Shown: positions 1 through 8,720, counted from the stretch's first letter. The stretch: 37,364 bases of DNA from a virus (IMGVR_UViG_3300017783_000075:1-37364), one strand, 5' to 3'. Translations and numbers: made by a program. The notes: generated by a model not told the origin, from the sequence alone.

Positions 1-2829
1 GAAAGTCCACAAAGCATTGTGTATGACCATAGTGAGAAGAAGTTGGGTAGTGAGTTAATTACTGCATCAGTAAGCACAGGAAGTGGAATTACATCAAGTA
101 GTTATATTACTTATGATGATGGTAAAATGAATATTAATGGAAGTGGGCAAGATTTTTATATTACAATAAATAATACTGCTGACACATCAAGTACATCTTT
201 TAGATATAGATTAGTAGTTACTGTCGATTCATATACATCGGGTGGTATGAGCATGGCAGGAGGTAGTGCAGGATTTAATGCTTTTACAATCGGTGATTCA
301 TTTAATGATATTATTGTACCCGATTCTAATGGCGGTTCATTCCAATTAAGAGTAGTTAATTATGTAGGTGTTATAAGTAGCATATCTCTAAAGAAAATAG
401 AGATGGGCAACCACGCTTCTACAAAATTCTTTAGCACTATAGATGAAATAGAAGATGGTGCATTTGCTACTGCTACAAACGCAAGTACAACAGGAGCATA
501 TTGGACAACAGACGATGCTTGGAGCATAGGAAGTAGTGTTGCAACTTGTAATTTTAGTGGTTCAGCTAACAAAAGTATGAGTCAAGGTAGTAATAATGGA
601 AGCGTATCTGCTCATCCATTAACTGCTGGAAAAACATATAGGGTAACAGGAACTGTTGTAGTTACAGAATTAAACGGATATTTAAGTGTTGGTTCTTATG
701 GTTCTAATTTTACAACTGTACTCCCAAGCGATACTGCTGATGGTGCTACAGTTAATTTTGATGAAGAAATTCTTGCAAATACAGGACAAATTCAAATTAG
801 AACAGTTGGTTCTGGAGGTGCTAATAATTTTACATTAAATAATGTTACTTGTAAAGAAGTAGGAATATCCTCAACTGGCTTTACTACTGCTCAAAATGAA
901 CCAGTCATTCCGCAGATTCCATTGGTGAAAAGCAATGAAAAAATGGCAGTACCAAGTGATGCTTCTACTAATACTTATGTACATTTACCAGATGGATTAA
1001 CCGCAGGATTGACTGAAATAACAATATCTATGTGGTTTCAAAAAATAAAGTCTGGAAATTCATTCGTTACACTTTTTGCAGTAGATGGTGGTGGTACTTA
1101 TTTTAGAGACACAAGTAATAATAGAATTACTTGTCATATGCCTTTTGATAATGGTGGCAATCCTTTTACAAATTTTGAATTTCCAAATGATTTAGCACTT
1201 CATCATTATGTATTTACAGTTAAAAGTGGCAATCAAGAAGTATATAGAGATGGAGTTTTAGTACATAGCACTACTGTAACTACTACAACAATGTCTGATA
1301 ATATAAGAAGAATTGGAAATTATGCAAATTCACAAGATAATTCAATGGCAGATGAATTTGCAATTTTTAATAGACATTTTACTCAAGCAGAAGCACAAGA
1401 ACTATTCAACGATGGTCTCGCATATGATGCTACTACACACTCCAAGTCTGGAAATTTATTAGGCTACTGGCGTAACGATGGCGTAACTACATGGCAAGAT
1501 AGAAGAGGATGGAGTTATTTAAATTTTGATGGTACAGGAGATTTTGTACAAGCAAGTTTGTCGTCTAATACAGTAGGACAGACATATTCTTTTTGGTGGA
1601 ATACTACAAATACAGGAATTAATAATTGGATATTTGCACTAAAACAAGATTCTACTTATCGAGCAAGGTTTTGGCAAGACTATGCATATCAATTTAGAAT
1701 CGGTACTCAAGCTGATTCTAATTATGTTTATGTAGGAGCAAGTGGTAACTCTACTGGAGTATATAACAATGGTGCGTGGCATCATATATTAGTATATATA
1801 GATAACACTATCGGTAGCTCTAAAGTATATGCAAATGGAGTTGCTTTATCAATGGGTTCAGGAAATGGTAGCTCTTCTGTAGGAACATCTAACACGCTTA
1901 TTATAGGAAATAAAGCGGGTAGTATCTCTCAATTTGCGGTTTGGAGCGGTGATAAAACATCATCTGCATCTGGTATTTATGCTACAGGAGTTAATGGGAA
2001 TTTAACAAATGCTTATAGTACAGATTTAATTGGGTATTGGAAACTTAATACTGCAAGTACAGATGCTAACGCAATAAAAGATTTAGTTGGTACTAATCAT
2101 GGTACTGTAAATGGTAATCCTACACTTAACACAGGCAACGATGGTTCTGTACAAGGCACACCAGACTCAATTACAATTCGTGAGGGATTAACCTCTGGAA
2201 AAGATGGATTAGGATTTTCGTTAAGGAACGATGATAGTAATACTTTAAGACTTTCTCAAAAATTAGAACATTTAATAGTTCCATATACAAAAGCAATAAG
2301 TGCAACATCTATTAGCGATGCAATAACAGTTGAATGTTGGGTAAAGTTTCACGACCATCCAAGTGGATATAATGTTATAGCTTCAAATGCTACAGGTGGT
2401 GCTTGGTCAAATGGATGGTCTTTAGCTATGGTAAATAGTGAATTAAGATTTGCTATTAATAACTACAATGCGAATAAAGCATATACTACTATAAGTGATT
2501 TTACAAAATGGTATCATATAGTTGCTACTTATGACAGAAGTTTGTCATCAGATAATATTGCAATATATGTTGATTTAGTAAAAGGTACATCTGGTGATTA
2601 TACAACTGCGATTGCAGAAAGTAATAAAGATTTACATATTGGTTATTTAGATAGTGAAAATGTATCTGTAAAAGCACAAACTTGTTTAATAGATGAATTA
2701 AGAATTTATAACAGAGTATTAACTGGATTTAAAGCAAATGGTACTGCTGTTGCAGATACTGAAACAGTTGCATCTGGAGAAATAGCTAAAAATTATAAGC
2801 ATGGCAAAGGAAAGCATAAAAATGACTAA
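1..2829 (+). CDS. LamG/concanavalin A-like multi-domain fibre (receptor-binding) protein, 5'-truncated by the window edge
   Basis: Frame is open from base 1. At least three LamG-type repeats (TISMWF..HHYVFT..YRDG..DEFAIFNR; YLNFDGTGDFV..WHHI..YANG; TVECWVK..WYHIVATYD..IDELRIYNR). Probably the continuation of the ORF starting at 36804. Confidence 0.85.
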   Translation, partial: ESPQSIVYDHSEKKLGSELITASVSTGSGITSSSYITYDDGKMNINGSGQDFYITINNTADTSSTSFRYRLVVTVDSYTSGGMSMAGGSAGFNAFTIGDSFNDIIVPDSNGGSFQLRVVNYVGVISSISLKKIEMGNHASTKFFSTIDEIEDGAFATATNASTTGAYWTTDDAWSIGSSVATCNFSGSANKSMSQGSNNGSVSAHPLTAGKTYRVTGTVVVTELNGYLSVGSYGSNFTTVLPSDTADGATVNFDEEILANTGQIQIRTVGSGGANNFTLNNVTCKEVGISSTGFTTAQNEPVIPQIPLVKSNEKMAVPSDASTNTYVHLPDGLTAGLTEITISMWFQKIKSGNSFVTLFAVDGGGTYFRDTSNNRITCHMPFDNGGNPFTNFEFPNDLALHHYVFTVKSGNQEVYRDGVLVHSTTVTTTTMSDNIRRIGNYANSQDNSMADEFAIFNRHFTQAEAQELFNDGLAYDATTHSKSGNLLGYWRNDGVTTWQDRRGWSYLNFDGTGDFVQASLSSNTVGQTYSFWWNTTNTGINNWIFALKQDSTYRARFWQDYAYQFRIGTQADSNYVYVGASGNSTGVYNNGAWHHILVYIDNTIGSSKVYANGVALSMGSGNGSSSVGTSNTLIIGNKAGSISQFAVWSGDKTSSASGIYATGVNGNLTNAYSTDLIGYWKLNTASTDANAIKDLVGTNHGTVNGNPTLNTGNDGSVQGTPDSITIREGLTSGKDGLGFSLRNDDSNTLRLSQKLEHLIVPYTKAISATSISDAITVECWVKFHDHPSGYNVIASNATGGAWSNGWSLAMVNSELRFAINNYNANKAYTTISDFTKWYHIVATYDRSLSSDNIAIYVDLVKGTSGDYTTAIAESNKDLHIGYLDSENVSVKAQTCLIDELRIYNRVLTGFKANGTAVADTETVASGEIAKNYKHGKGKHKND

Positions 2830-3364
2830 TACATATTTAATATTAACCAAAGCAGTATATGAGGGTAAGCTACCAAGCAAACTCAAAACTGCGGATAAAT
2901 TGTCTTGGAATGAGTACACTTATAAAGATGTAGAAAAGACTGCTACACGATCTGTAGACAAATATGATTATTATCCAAGTGAAGATAACACGAAGGATGA
3001 AATAAAGGTTTATATGGATGATTGTGATGTAGATTATTCATCAAGCGACACCAAAGCAGAACTACTTGAAAAGCTCATGTCAGAGCCTCATTCTGTGCCT
3101 AAAAAAGATGAAGAGTATACGTATACAGAATCTGTAGTAGATAAAACCACATTACAAAACCCAAGTTGGCAAGAGTGTGCATTTAAGCAAGGCAAATTAG
3201 GCGCACCAAGATGGAATAAAGACAATACAAAGGTTCTTGTTAAATATGAGTTATCCATCGCTGATGGAACTCTAGACCAAGTTAAAGGAGTTAGTGGCAT
3301 TACTGCTTTATCTCACAGTGAGTGTTTAGGTGAAATGAAAAAGGATGAATGGTCTGGTGAATAA
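2822..3364 (+). CDS. Hypothetical virion-associated protein with an internal HeH/LEM/SAP-like helix-extension-helix motif
   Basis: Motif NTKDEIKVYMDDCDVDYSSSDTKAELLEKL. ATG at 2822 overlaps the upstream stop (ORF track starts it at 2801). Confidence 0.6.
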   Translation: MTNTYLILTKAVYEGKLPSKLKTADKLSWNEYTYKDVEKTATRSVDKYDYYPSEDNTKDEIKVYMDDCDVDYSSSDTKAELLEKLMSEPHSVPKKDEEYTYTESVVDKTTLQNPSWQECAFKQGKLGAPRWNKDNTKVLVKYELSIADGTLDQVKGVSGITALSHSECLGEMKKDEWSGE

Positions 3365-3848
3365 TAAGGGTAATTCACTTGCTGAGTTTGCAGTTACTAT
3401 GGCTATCATGGCTACTCTTGCAACTACTTCCGCTCCTGCTTTTAGTAGAATTGGTGAAGGTGCTAAAGCTAAACAAACTAAAGCTAATCTTGAAAAAATT
3501 GTTAAAGCATCTCAGATGTGGTATAATCAACAAATAGAAGTTAATGGTATGGGTAAATTCCCATCTCAGCCACATAGGACAGTTAGTGTAGGTGAAGTTA
3601 TTGATTACAATGGCAATCGTAGAATAGAAACAGATGAAATACTCGATGGTGTTTATGTACCTGTGTTTAGTGATACTAGCTTTCTACATTTGTTTGATAA
3701 TGATACAATTAAGTCACCTTATCAAGAAGGTAGATATTTATATGCTATCGTAGGTGGCTCTGGGACAGGAAATGCTATTGTGTCTCCTATCTTTGTAGTT
3801 GTAGATGAAGAAAACCCAGAAGACTTTCATAAATATTATAAGCCATGA
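3345..3848 (+). CDS. Type IV pilin/pseudopilin-like protein with class III (prepilin) signal peptide
   Basis: NNKG|NSLAEFAVTMAIMATLATTSAP: basic leader, G at -1, E at +5, hydrophobic helix, P at +22, then amphipathic helix AKAKQTKANLEKIVKASQMWY. Confidence 0.8.
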   Translation: MNGLVNNKGNSLAEFAVTMAIMATLATTSAPAFSRIGEGAKAKQTKANLEKIVKASQMWYNQQIEVNGMGKFPSQPHRTVSVGEVIDYNGNRRIETDEILDGVYVPVFSDTSFLHLFDNDTIKSPYQEGRYLYAIVGGSGTGNAIVSPIFVVVDEENPEDFHKYYKP

Positions 3849-4168
3849 GTGATGAGAAAACGTACAGATCATATGGGGTGGCAAAGATTGATGATAACTT
3901 TCGTGTTAGTCTTAACATTAAGTGGCTTGGGCAAATTATTGTGGGAGTTGCTATTATTGTGCTTGGCTACTTACGTATTGAGAATAGAATTAAAGAACTT
4001 GAGCGTAGAGTTCAACTATCTGATACCAGAATTGAAGAGCTTGTCAATAAACATATAGAAGAAGAAGAAGTTAAAATAACACATATGCAAGAACAACTAG
4101 AATGGTATCAAACAGAGCTAAACTTAAATCCCTTATCTTGGGGAAAGAAAAAGAAAAAAAGAAAGTAG
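3845..4168 (+). CDS. Single-TM coiled-coil membrane protein (lysis region)
   Basis: TM segment WLGQIIVGVAIIVLGYL followed by heptad coiled coil and basic C-terminus. ATGA overlap with upstream gene. Confidence 0.65.
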   Translation: MSDEKTYRSYGVAKIDDNFRVSLNIKWLGQIIVGVAIIVLGYLRIENRIKELERRVQLSDTRIEELVNKHIEEEEVKITHMQEQLEWYQTELNLNPLSWGKKKKKRK

Positions 4169-4235
4169 TCTTAACAGAGGATGACTTTAATCATAACTAT
4201 TTTATTAACAGAGAACTGCGGAGGGTACGATAGTA

Positions 4236-4553
4236 GTGGATTTTTTAGCAATTTATTCAGAAGCGGGTATGATAGGTGTCGTAGGGGCTATGTTCATGTT
4301 TATGGTTTATTCAATGAACAAAAGAGGAAACGAACAAGCAGAATCACTTCAGAATTTAAAAATAGAAAATAAGGGGCAAAGTGAAACACTTGAAAATATG
4401 GAAGGCATGGTTATTAAGCTTATTGGAAGATGGAATCAATCAGATGACAAGCTTGATAGAAAATTTGATGCACTTAATAAAGAAATAAATGATTTAGATA
4501 ATCAAGTCTCTGAAATCAAAGGCAGTTTATCTAGGGTAAATGGAAAGCACTAA
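4236..4553 (+). CDS. Holin-like N-terminal TM + coiled-coil protein
   Basis: GMIGVVGAMFMFMVY TM then coiled coil. Lies upstream of the endolysin. Confidence 0.55.
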   Translation: MDFLAIYSEAGMIGVVGAMFMFMVYSMNKRGNEQAESLQNLKIENKGQSETLENMEGMVIKLIGRWNQSDDKLDRKFDALNKEINDLDNQVSEIKGSLSRVNGKH

Positions 4554-4693
4554 TGGATAGTACAAAAGTAGCAATAGCAAGTATTAGTAATTATGGATTA
4601 TCATTAACAAGCGTTAGTCTAACCTTGCAGTGCATAGTGGCATTTCTTACAATAATTTACTTATTAATAAAAATAAAAAATACAGGAAAATAA
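4553..4693 (+). CDS. Small hydrophobic membrane protein (46 aa), possible holin
   Basis: Not in ORF track. MDSTKVAIASISNYGLSLTSVSLTLQCIVAFLTIIYLLIKIKNTGK; TAATG-coupled and fills the gap exactly. Confidence 0.6.
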   Translation: MDSTKVAIASISNYGLSLTSVSLTLQCIVAFLTIIYLLIKIKNTGK

Positions 4694-4694
4694 T

Positions 4695-4922
4695 ATGAAT
4701 TTTAAATCAATAATGCTATCAGTAGCAGAATCTCAAGCAGACCAGTTTAAAAATAAAGCAGTAGAATGGGTGCAGTCAGAAGAATTTCAAGATGAACTTG
4801 CTAGTAAAATAAATGCAAAAATTGACATACCTTTTGTCAGTGAAGATAAAGAACAGATTTTTTTTGAAAAATGTGTTGACCTAGTTGCTGATGTTATTGA
4901 AGGTTTATTTAAAGGGAAGTAA
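4695..4922 (+). CDS. Hypothetical protein
   Basis: 75-aa ORF in a tightly coupled operon (KINAKIDIPFVSEDKE motif). Confidence 0.65.
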   Translation: MNFKSIMLSVAESQADQFKNKAVEWVQSEEFQDELASKINAKIDIPFVSEDKEQIFFEKCVDLVADVIEGLFKGK

Positions 4923-5218
4923 TGCCTAGAAAAAGTAAAAGAGATCCTAGGTTAGCTAGATTTGGGCTTAGTGGTTACAACAAACCCAAAAGAACAAGAG
5001 GTCATAAAACTAAATCTCATGTAGTTCTAGCTAAAGTAGGTAGTAAGGTAAAACTAATACGCTTTGGTCAAAAAGGTGCTAGTACAGCAGGTAAACCTAA
5101 AGCAGGGGAGTCAGCAAGAATGAAGGCAAAACGTAAATCATTTAAAGCAAGGCATAGAAAGAATATAGCTAGAGGTAAGATGTCTGGAGCTTATTGGGCA
5201 AACAAGGTGAAGTGGTAA
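4922..5218 (+). CDS. Highly basic conserved phage protein
   Basis: K/R-rich with KLIRFGQKG...KRKSFKARH...SGAYWANKVKW, a pattern I recognise from phage/large-virus hypothetical proteins. TAATG-coupled. Confidence 0.7.
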   Translation: MPRKSKRDPRLARFGLSGYNKPKRTRGHKTKSHVVLAKVGSKVKLIRFGQKGASTAGKPKAGESARMKAKRKSFKARHRKNIARGKMSGAYWANKVKW

Positions 5219-5352
5219 TGGCTAAAAAAGTAAGTTGGTCTTTTGGAGGTAAAAGGTACTCTGGTACTTTAATCAGGGAGACTAAAACACATAAGTTCGC
5301 AAGAACTAAAAATGGAAAGATAAAGAAAATTAAAAAGAAAGGAAGAAAATAA
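5218..5352 (+). CDS. Small basic protein (44 aa)
   Basis: Not in ORF track. MAKKVSWSFGGKRYSGTLIRETKTHKFARTKNGKIKKIKKKGRK; TAATG overlap at both ends. Confidence 0.65.
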   Translation: MAKKVSWSFGGKRYSGTLIRETKTHKFARTKNGKIKKIKKKGRK

Positions 5353-5441
5353 TGCCTTACGGAAAGGGATCATACGGAAGTAAAAAAGGTAGACCACCTA
5401 AAAAAAAGAAAAAACTAACTAAAAAGAAAAAGAAAAAATAG
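5352..5441 (+). CDS. 29-aa lysine-rich peptide with AT-hook-like motif
   Basis: Not in ORF track. MPYGKGSYGSKKGRPPKKKKKLTKKKKKK; TAATG start overlap, TAGTG overlap with the endolysin. Confidence 0.6.
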   Translation: MPYGKGSYGSKKGRPPKKKKKLTKKKKKK

Positions 5442-5821
5442 TGTATAAGTTTGGTAAAAGGTCAAGAAAAAGACTTGAGGGCATTGAGCCTGAGTTAAGG
5501 TTTATTCTAAATGAACTTATTAAGATAATGGATGTTACTATTATTGAAGGGGTAAGGTCACAGGAAAGACAAGATGAGTTAGTTGCTAAAGGTGCTAGTA
5601 AGACGAAATATTCTAAGCATATTGATGGTAGGGCAGTAGACCTTGCCCCTTACCCTATTGACTGGGATGATAGAGACACATTTCATTATATGTGTGGAAT
5701 GATAAGAGGGATTGCTCATGTAATGAAGATACCAATTAGAGTTGGGTGTGATTGGGATTCTGATGGGCAAACTAAAGATAACAACTTTGATGACTTAGTT
5801 CATATGGAATTAAAAAGTTAA
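5441..5821 (+). CDS. Endolysin, peptidase M15 (L-Ala-D-Glu peptidase-like)
   Basis: IIEGVRSQERQ..SKHIDGRAVDL..D(LV)HMEL: SxHxxGxAxD Zn motif plus C-terminal HxE. Confidence 0.9.
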   Translation: MYKFGKRSRKRLEGIEPELRFILNELIKIMDVTIIEGVRSQERQDELVAKGASKTKYSKHIDGRAVDLAPYPIDWDDRDTFHYMCGMIRGIAHVMKIPIRVGCDWDSDGQTKDNNFDDLVHMELKS

Positions 5822-5838
5822 ATGTTTAACTTTTTGCA

Positions 5839-5867
5839 TTGCATTAAAGAGTATCAAATAGTAATAT
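5839..5867 (+). promoter_or_regulatory. Sigma70-like promoter for the neck/tail operon
   Basis: TTGCAT(5839-5844)-17 nt-TAATAT(5862-5867) in the intergenic gap, about 10 nt before ATG 5877. Confidence 0.5.
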
Positions 5868-5876
5868 AGAGGCACT

Positions 5877-6827
5877 ATGGCATATTGTACAAATAGAGAT
5901 TTAAAAGATGTATTTCCCTCAATAGATGAGTTTGACAGCAAAGAAGCACTATACGGATGGGTAGTTGAAAGTACTAACTTATATAGAGCAAATAATAGTG
6001 GTTTAGTTACTCAGTTATTTGCAAGTGGGCAAGACTTAGGTTCTGCTGAATCTAGTAGTGGGGCAGTAAATTCTAATGGCAAGTGGTTTTATGATTCATC
6101 TTTAGATGCTGTTTATTATTTTAATAGTGCCGTTAATCCTAATGATATATTGATGGAGTCAGGAGAGGACTGGTCAGCACTAACTGCAAGATACCTATCA
6201 AATGCTGAAAAATATCTTGATTCTAGGATAGATGGAAGATTACCTCGTAAACAATTCAAGGATAAAGATGGTAATTATGACTATATAATAGTAAGGACGA
6301 CAGCTTTAATAGCATCTTCTTTTCTTATTAGAGCAAGTGATCCCACATCTGAAATAGCAAATGCTTTATTTGAAGAAGCCGATAGAAACATTGCATCATT
6401 AAATGATGGTTCAACAAAACTATCTTGGCAAGTTACAGGAGACTCTAGTAAAGGGGTTATCAGACAAGTAGCAGTAAGTGGTAATGTAAACTTAGTAGAC
6501 ACTAGGGGGCATTATACTGGCATATACGACAGGGTGGGAGTAAAAATTACAACGGCAGGAGCTTTAGGAACTGCTAAATACTCAGTATGGAAAAGAGATT
6601 CTAACAACCTAGGTGCTGAGAGAATGAATAATGGTGTCACTGCTGATTATACAGAGATAATTAATGGGCAATATCAAGAACTTACATATGGAGTAACAGT
6701 GCGATTTTCAGGAGATACAGCGGATACAGCAACTTTAAATGATAAATGGGAAGTAGAGTTTTTTGGTAAGAATGAATCTGTAGATGATACAGGAATGCCT
6801 TACTCAATACGGATGACTCGTAGATGA
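5877..6827 (+). CDS. Head-tail adaptor/connector-like protein (Mu gp36-like core with extra domains)
   Basis: MAYCTxxDL N-terminus, A(EK)YLDSRI and TALIASSFLI helices. First gene of the tail operon. Confidence 0.55.
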   Translation: MAYCTNRDLKDVFPSIDEFDSKEALYGWVVESTNLYRANNSGLVTQLFASGQDLGSAESSSGAVNSNGKWFYDSSLDAVYYFNSAVNPNDILMESGEDWSALTARYLSNAEKYLDSRIDGRLPRKQFKDKDGNYDYIIVRTTALIASSFLIRASDPTSEIANALFEEADRNIASLNDGSTKLSWQVTGDSSKGVIRQVAVSGNVNLVDTRGHYTGIYDRVGVKITTAGALGTAKYSVWKRDSNNLGAERMNNGVTADYTEIINGQYQELTYGVTVRFSGDTADTATLNDKWEVEFFGKNESVDDTGMPYSIRMTRR

Positions 6828-7255
6828 TTTCTTTTGTCAATATATGGGATGACAAAATATTAGATACTATTCGTTCTTTTCTTAATGCGGAATTTGCGGG
6901 TAATATCCCTATTTACACAGGGGCATTCAAAGACATGGGAAACCAGTCTATAAGACTTAATCCTGTAGGCACGGATTTGATTGAGCGTATGTCTACAGCA
7001 GAAATGAGAGAGTATATATTAGATGTATCATATACTTTTAAAGAAAAAACAATCAAAAAGGATACTTGGGAACATATATTTCGTCAAGTATCACACATAG
7101 AAGCTCTGTTCTTTCAAAATGAACATAACACCTACTTTGATGGTAGACTGTTGAGCTGTCGTATTAATGAGCTAGAAGAAGATGAAGAGTTAATAGATGG
7201 TTTAAATGTTATGAGGTGGGAATGGAGAGGTAAGTTTTTAGGCAACATATCATAA
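6824..7255 (+). CDS. Putative tail terminator/completion protein
   Basis: 143 aa, acidic, located between adaptor and tail tube (synteny only). Confidence 0.45.
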   Translation: MISFVNIWDDKILDTIRSFLNAEFAGNIPIYTGAFKDMGNQSIRLNPVGTDLIERMSTAEMREYILDVSYTFKEKTIKKDTWEHIFRQVSHIEALFFQNEHNTYFDGRLLSCRINELEEDEELIDGLNVMRWEWRGKFLGNIS

Positions 7256-7273
7256 AGTAATAAGGAATACGAT

Positions 7274-7447
7274 ATGAAAGTAAAGTTAAAAAAAGATGAA
7301 AAGCTATCTTCTAATAACAACTATTGTAATTTAGTTTATAAAGATTGGGTAGCACTTAACCAAGGTAAAAGTATTGAGTTAAGTACAATACCTAATGCAA
7401 TTAAAGATAAAATAGAAATTAAAAAAGAAAAAAAAGGAGATAACTAA
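7274..7447 (+). CDS. Small hypothetical protein (57 aa)
   Basis: Not in ORF track. MKVKLKKDEKLSSNNNYCNL...KKGDN, AAGGA RBS upstream, TAATG-coupled to tail tube. Confidence 0.6.
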   Translation: MKVKLKKDEKLSSNNNYCNLVYKDWVALNQGKSIELSTIPNAIKDKIEIKKEKKGDN

Positions 7448-8454
7448 TGGCAAACGAAGTTTTTTCACCCAGAGATTTTAAAGCATGGATAATAGAGGAA
7501 ACAGTTACTGGTAATGCAAGTTTAGATGCACCAGTCATAACTGGTTCTTTATTACAACTAGATGTAGATTCCGTTGCTTTCCCAAGTCTTAGCCCTAATC
7601 AAGTTACGGCTGTAAGATCAAGGGGCGGTAGAGTTCTGCATGATGAAGATTTTTTTCAAGATAATACAATGAGGGCTATTGAAGTAAGTTTAGCAGGAAC
7701 ATTTAGGCAAGATAGTGGAACAGCTATGTTAATGCAAAGTGTAACTGGTATGGATTTAAACGCAACATTAGCTGATGTTGCTATGGTAGCTAGTCCAACT
7801 GGAGTAAGTGGTGCTTACGGACAAACTGAGTCAAATAAAACATTTACTTTGGTTTTAGCATCTCCTGATACAACAGGTGGATTTAATACTGTTTTAGGTG
7901 GTTGCTTATGTACATCATTCTCATTAAATGCAGATATGACAGCAGATGGCGGTCTTTATAAATTTGAAGCAACTATATCTAGTGGTCAAAAACCAATTAC
8001 AAACAATGTAGCAACAGAGTCTGGAAGTGCTTTTGGCTCTACATTAAGAACTATGAGTACATTAAATTCCTCTAATATAAAAGTTGGAGCAATAACTCCA
8101 GTAGTAAATTCTTTTGGAGTGACAATAGAAAGCCCTGCAATATATACAGGTTTTTCTTCTAATGGTTACCACTCATTTGCAAGAGGTTCAGAGTTTACAG
8201 TAATCGCTAATGCTACAGTAAAATATGATGAAGTGTCAAAAGTATTGTATCACAATTTAAATCAGCAAACTGCTATTACTGATGGTAATTTATTTACAAT
8301 GCCTCAAACTACGGCTACACACACCTCTGTAACTATTCCAAATGGATTTTTAACAGAAGTTGCTTTTAATGAAGGTGATGCTATGATGCTAGATGTTGAA
8401 CTACAAGGTACAAGTGATGGTTCAGCTAGTATTATTACATTTGACATGGCATAA
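7447..8454 (+). CDS. Major tail tube protein
   Basis: 335 aa, T/S/G-rich and beta-rich, strong RBS (AAGGAG), directly upstream of chaperones and tape measure. Confidence 0.7.
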   Translation: MANEVFSPRDFKAWIIEETVTGNASLDAPVITGSLLQLDVDSVAFPSLSPNQVTAVRSRGGRVLHDEDFFQDNTMRAIEVSLAGTFRQDSGTAMLMQSVTGMDLNATLADVAMVASPTGVSGAYGQTESNKTFTLVLASPDTTGGFNTVLGGCLCTSFSLNADMTADGGLYKFEATISSGQKPITNNVATESGSAFGSTLRTMSTLNSSNIKVGAITPVVNSFGVTIESPAIYTGFSSNGYHSFARGSEFTVIANATVKYDEVSKVLYHNLNQQTAITDGNLFTMPQTTATHTSVTIPNGFLTEVAFNEGDAMMLDVELQGTSDGSASIITFDMA

Positions 8455-8456
8455 GC

Positions 8457-8720
8457 ATGAAAGACATTAAATTAACTACAGGCAAAGAAGTAAAAATGAA
8501 AGAAATGTCAGTAGATGATATGGATTTTTGCAACGATATACCTGAAATGAAATACGATGGAGATAACTTGATAGCAATAAAACACTTAGCTAAAGCTAGG
8601 ACTGCATGGATTCGCAGGGGTGTTGATAATGCAGATGATAAATTCATTAAATCTTTAACAGACGATGAAAAAAATGAGCTATCAGTTGCTATACAGGACT
8701 ATCAACGCTTGGGGGAATAG
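8457..8720 (+). CDS. Tail assembly chaperone (lambda gpG-like)
   Basis: Between tail tube and tape measure; ends in slippery GGGGGAA immediately before TAG. Confidence 0.7.
   Translation: MKDIKLTTGKEVKMKEMSVDDMDFCNDIPEMKYDGDNLIAIKHLAKARTAWIRRGVDNADDKFIKSLTDDEKNELSVAIQDYQRLGE
8711..8717 (+). promoter_or_regulatory. Programmed -1 ribosomal frameshift site (G GGG GAA)
   Basis: TTG GGG GAA TAG. The -1 frame is open from 8711 through ATG 8774 to the stop at 9157. Confidence 0.7.

Noticed and set aside
3849-4058. Embedded o-spanin (Rz1-like) in the alternate frame of 3845-4168
   Set aside because: The Cys is preceded by LLLL rather than a lipobox and lies too far from the start; likely a shadow ORF.
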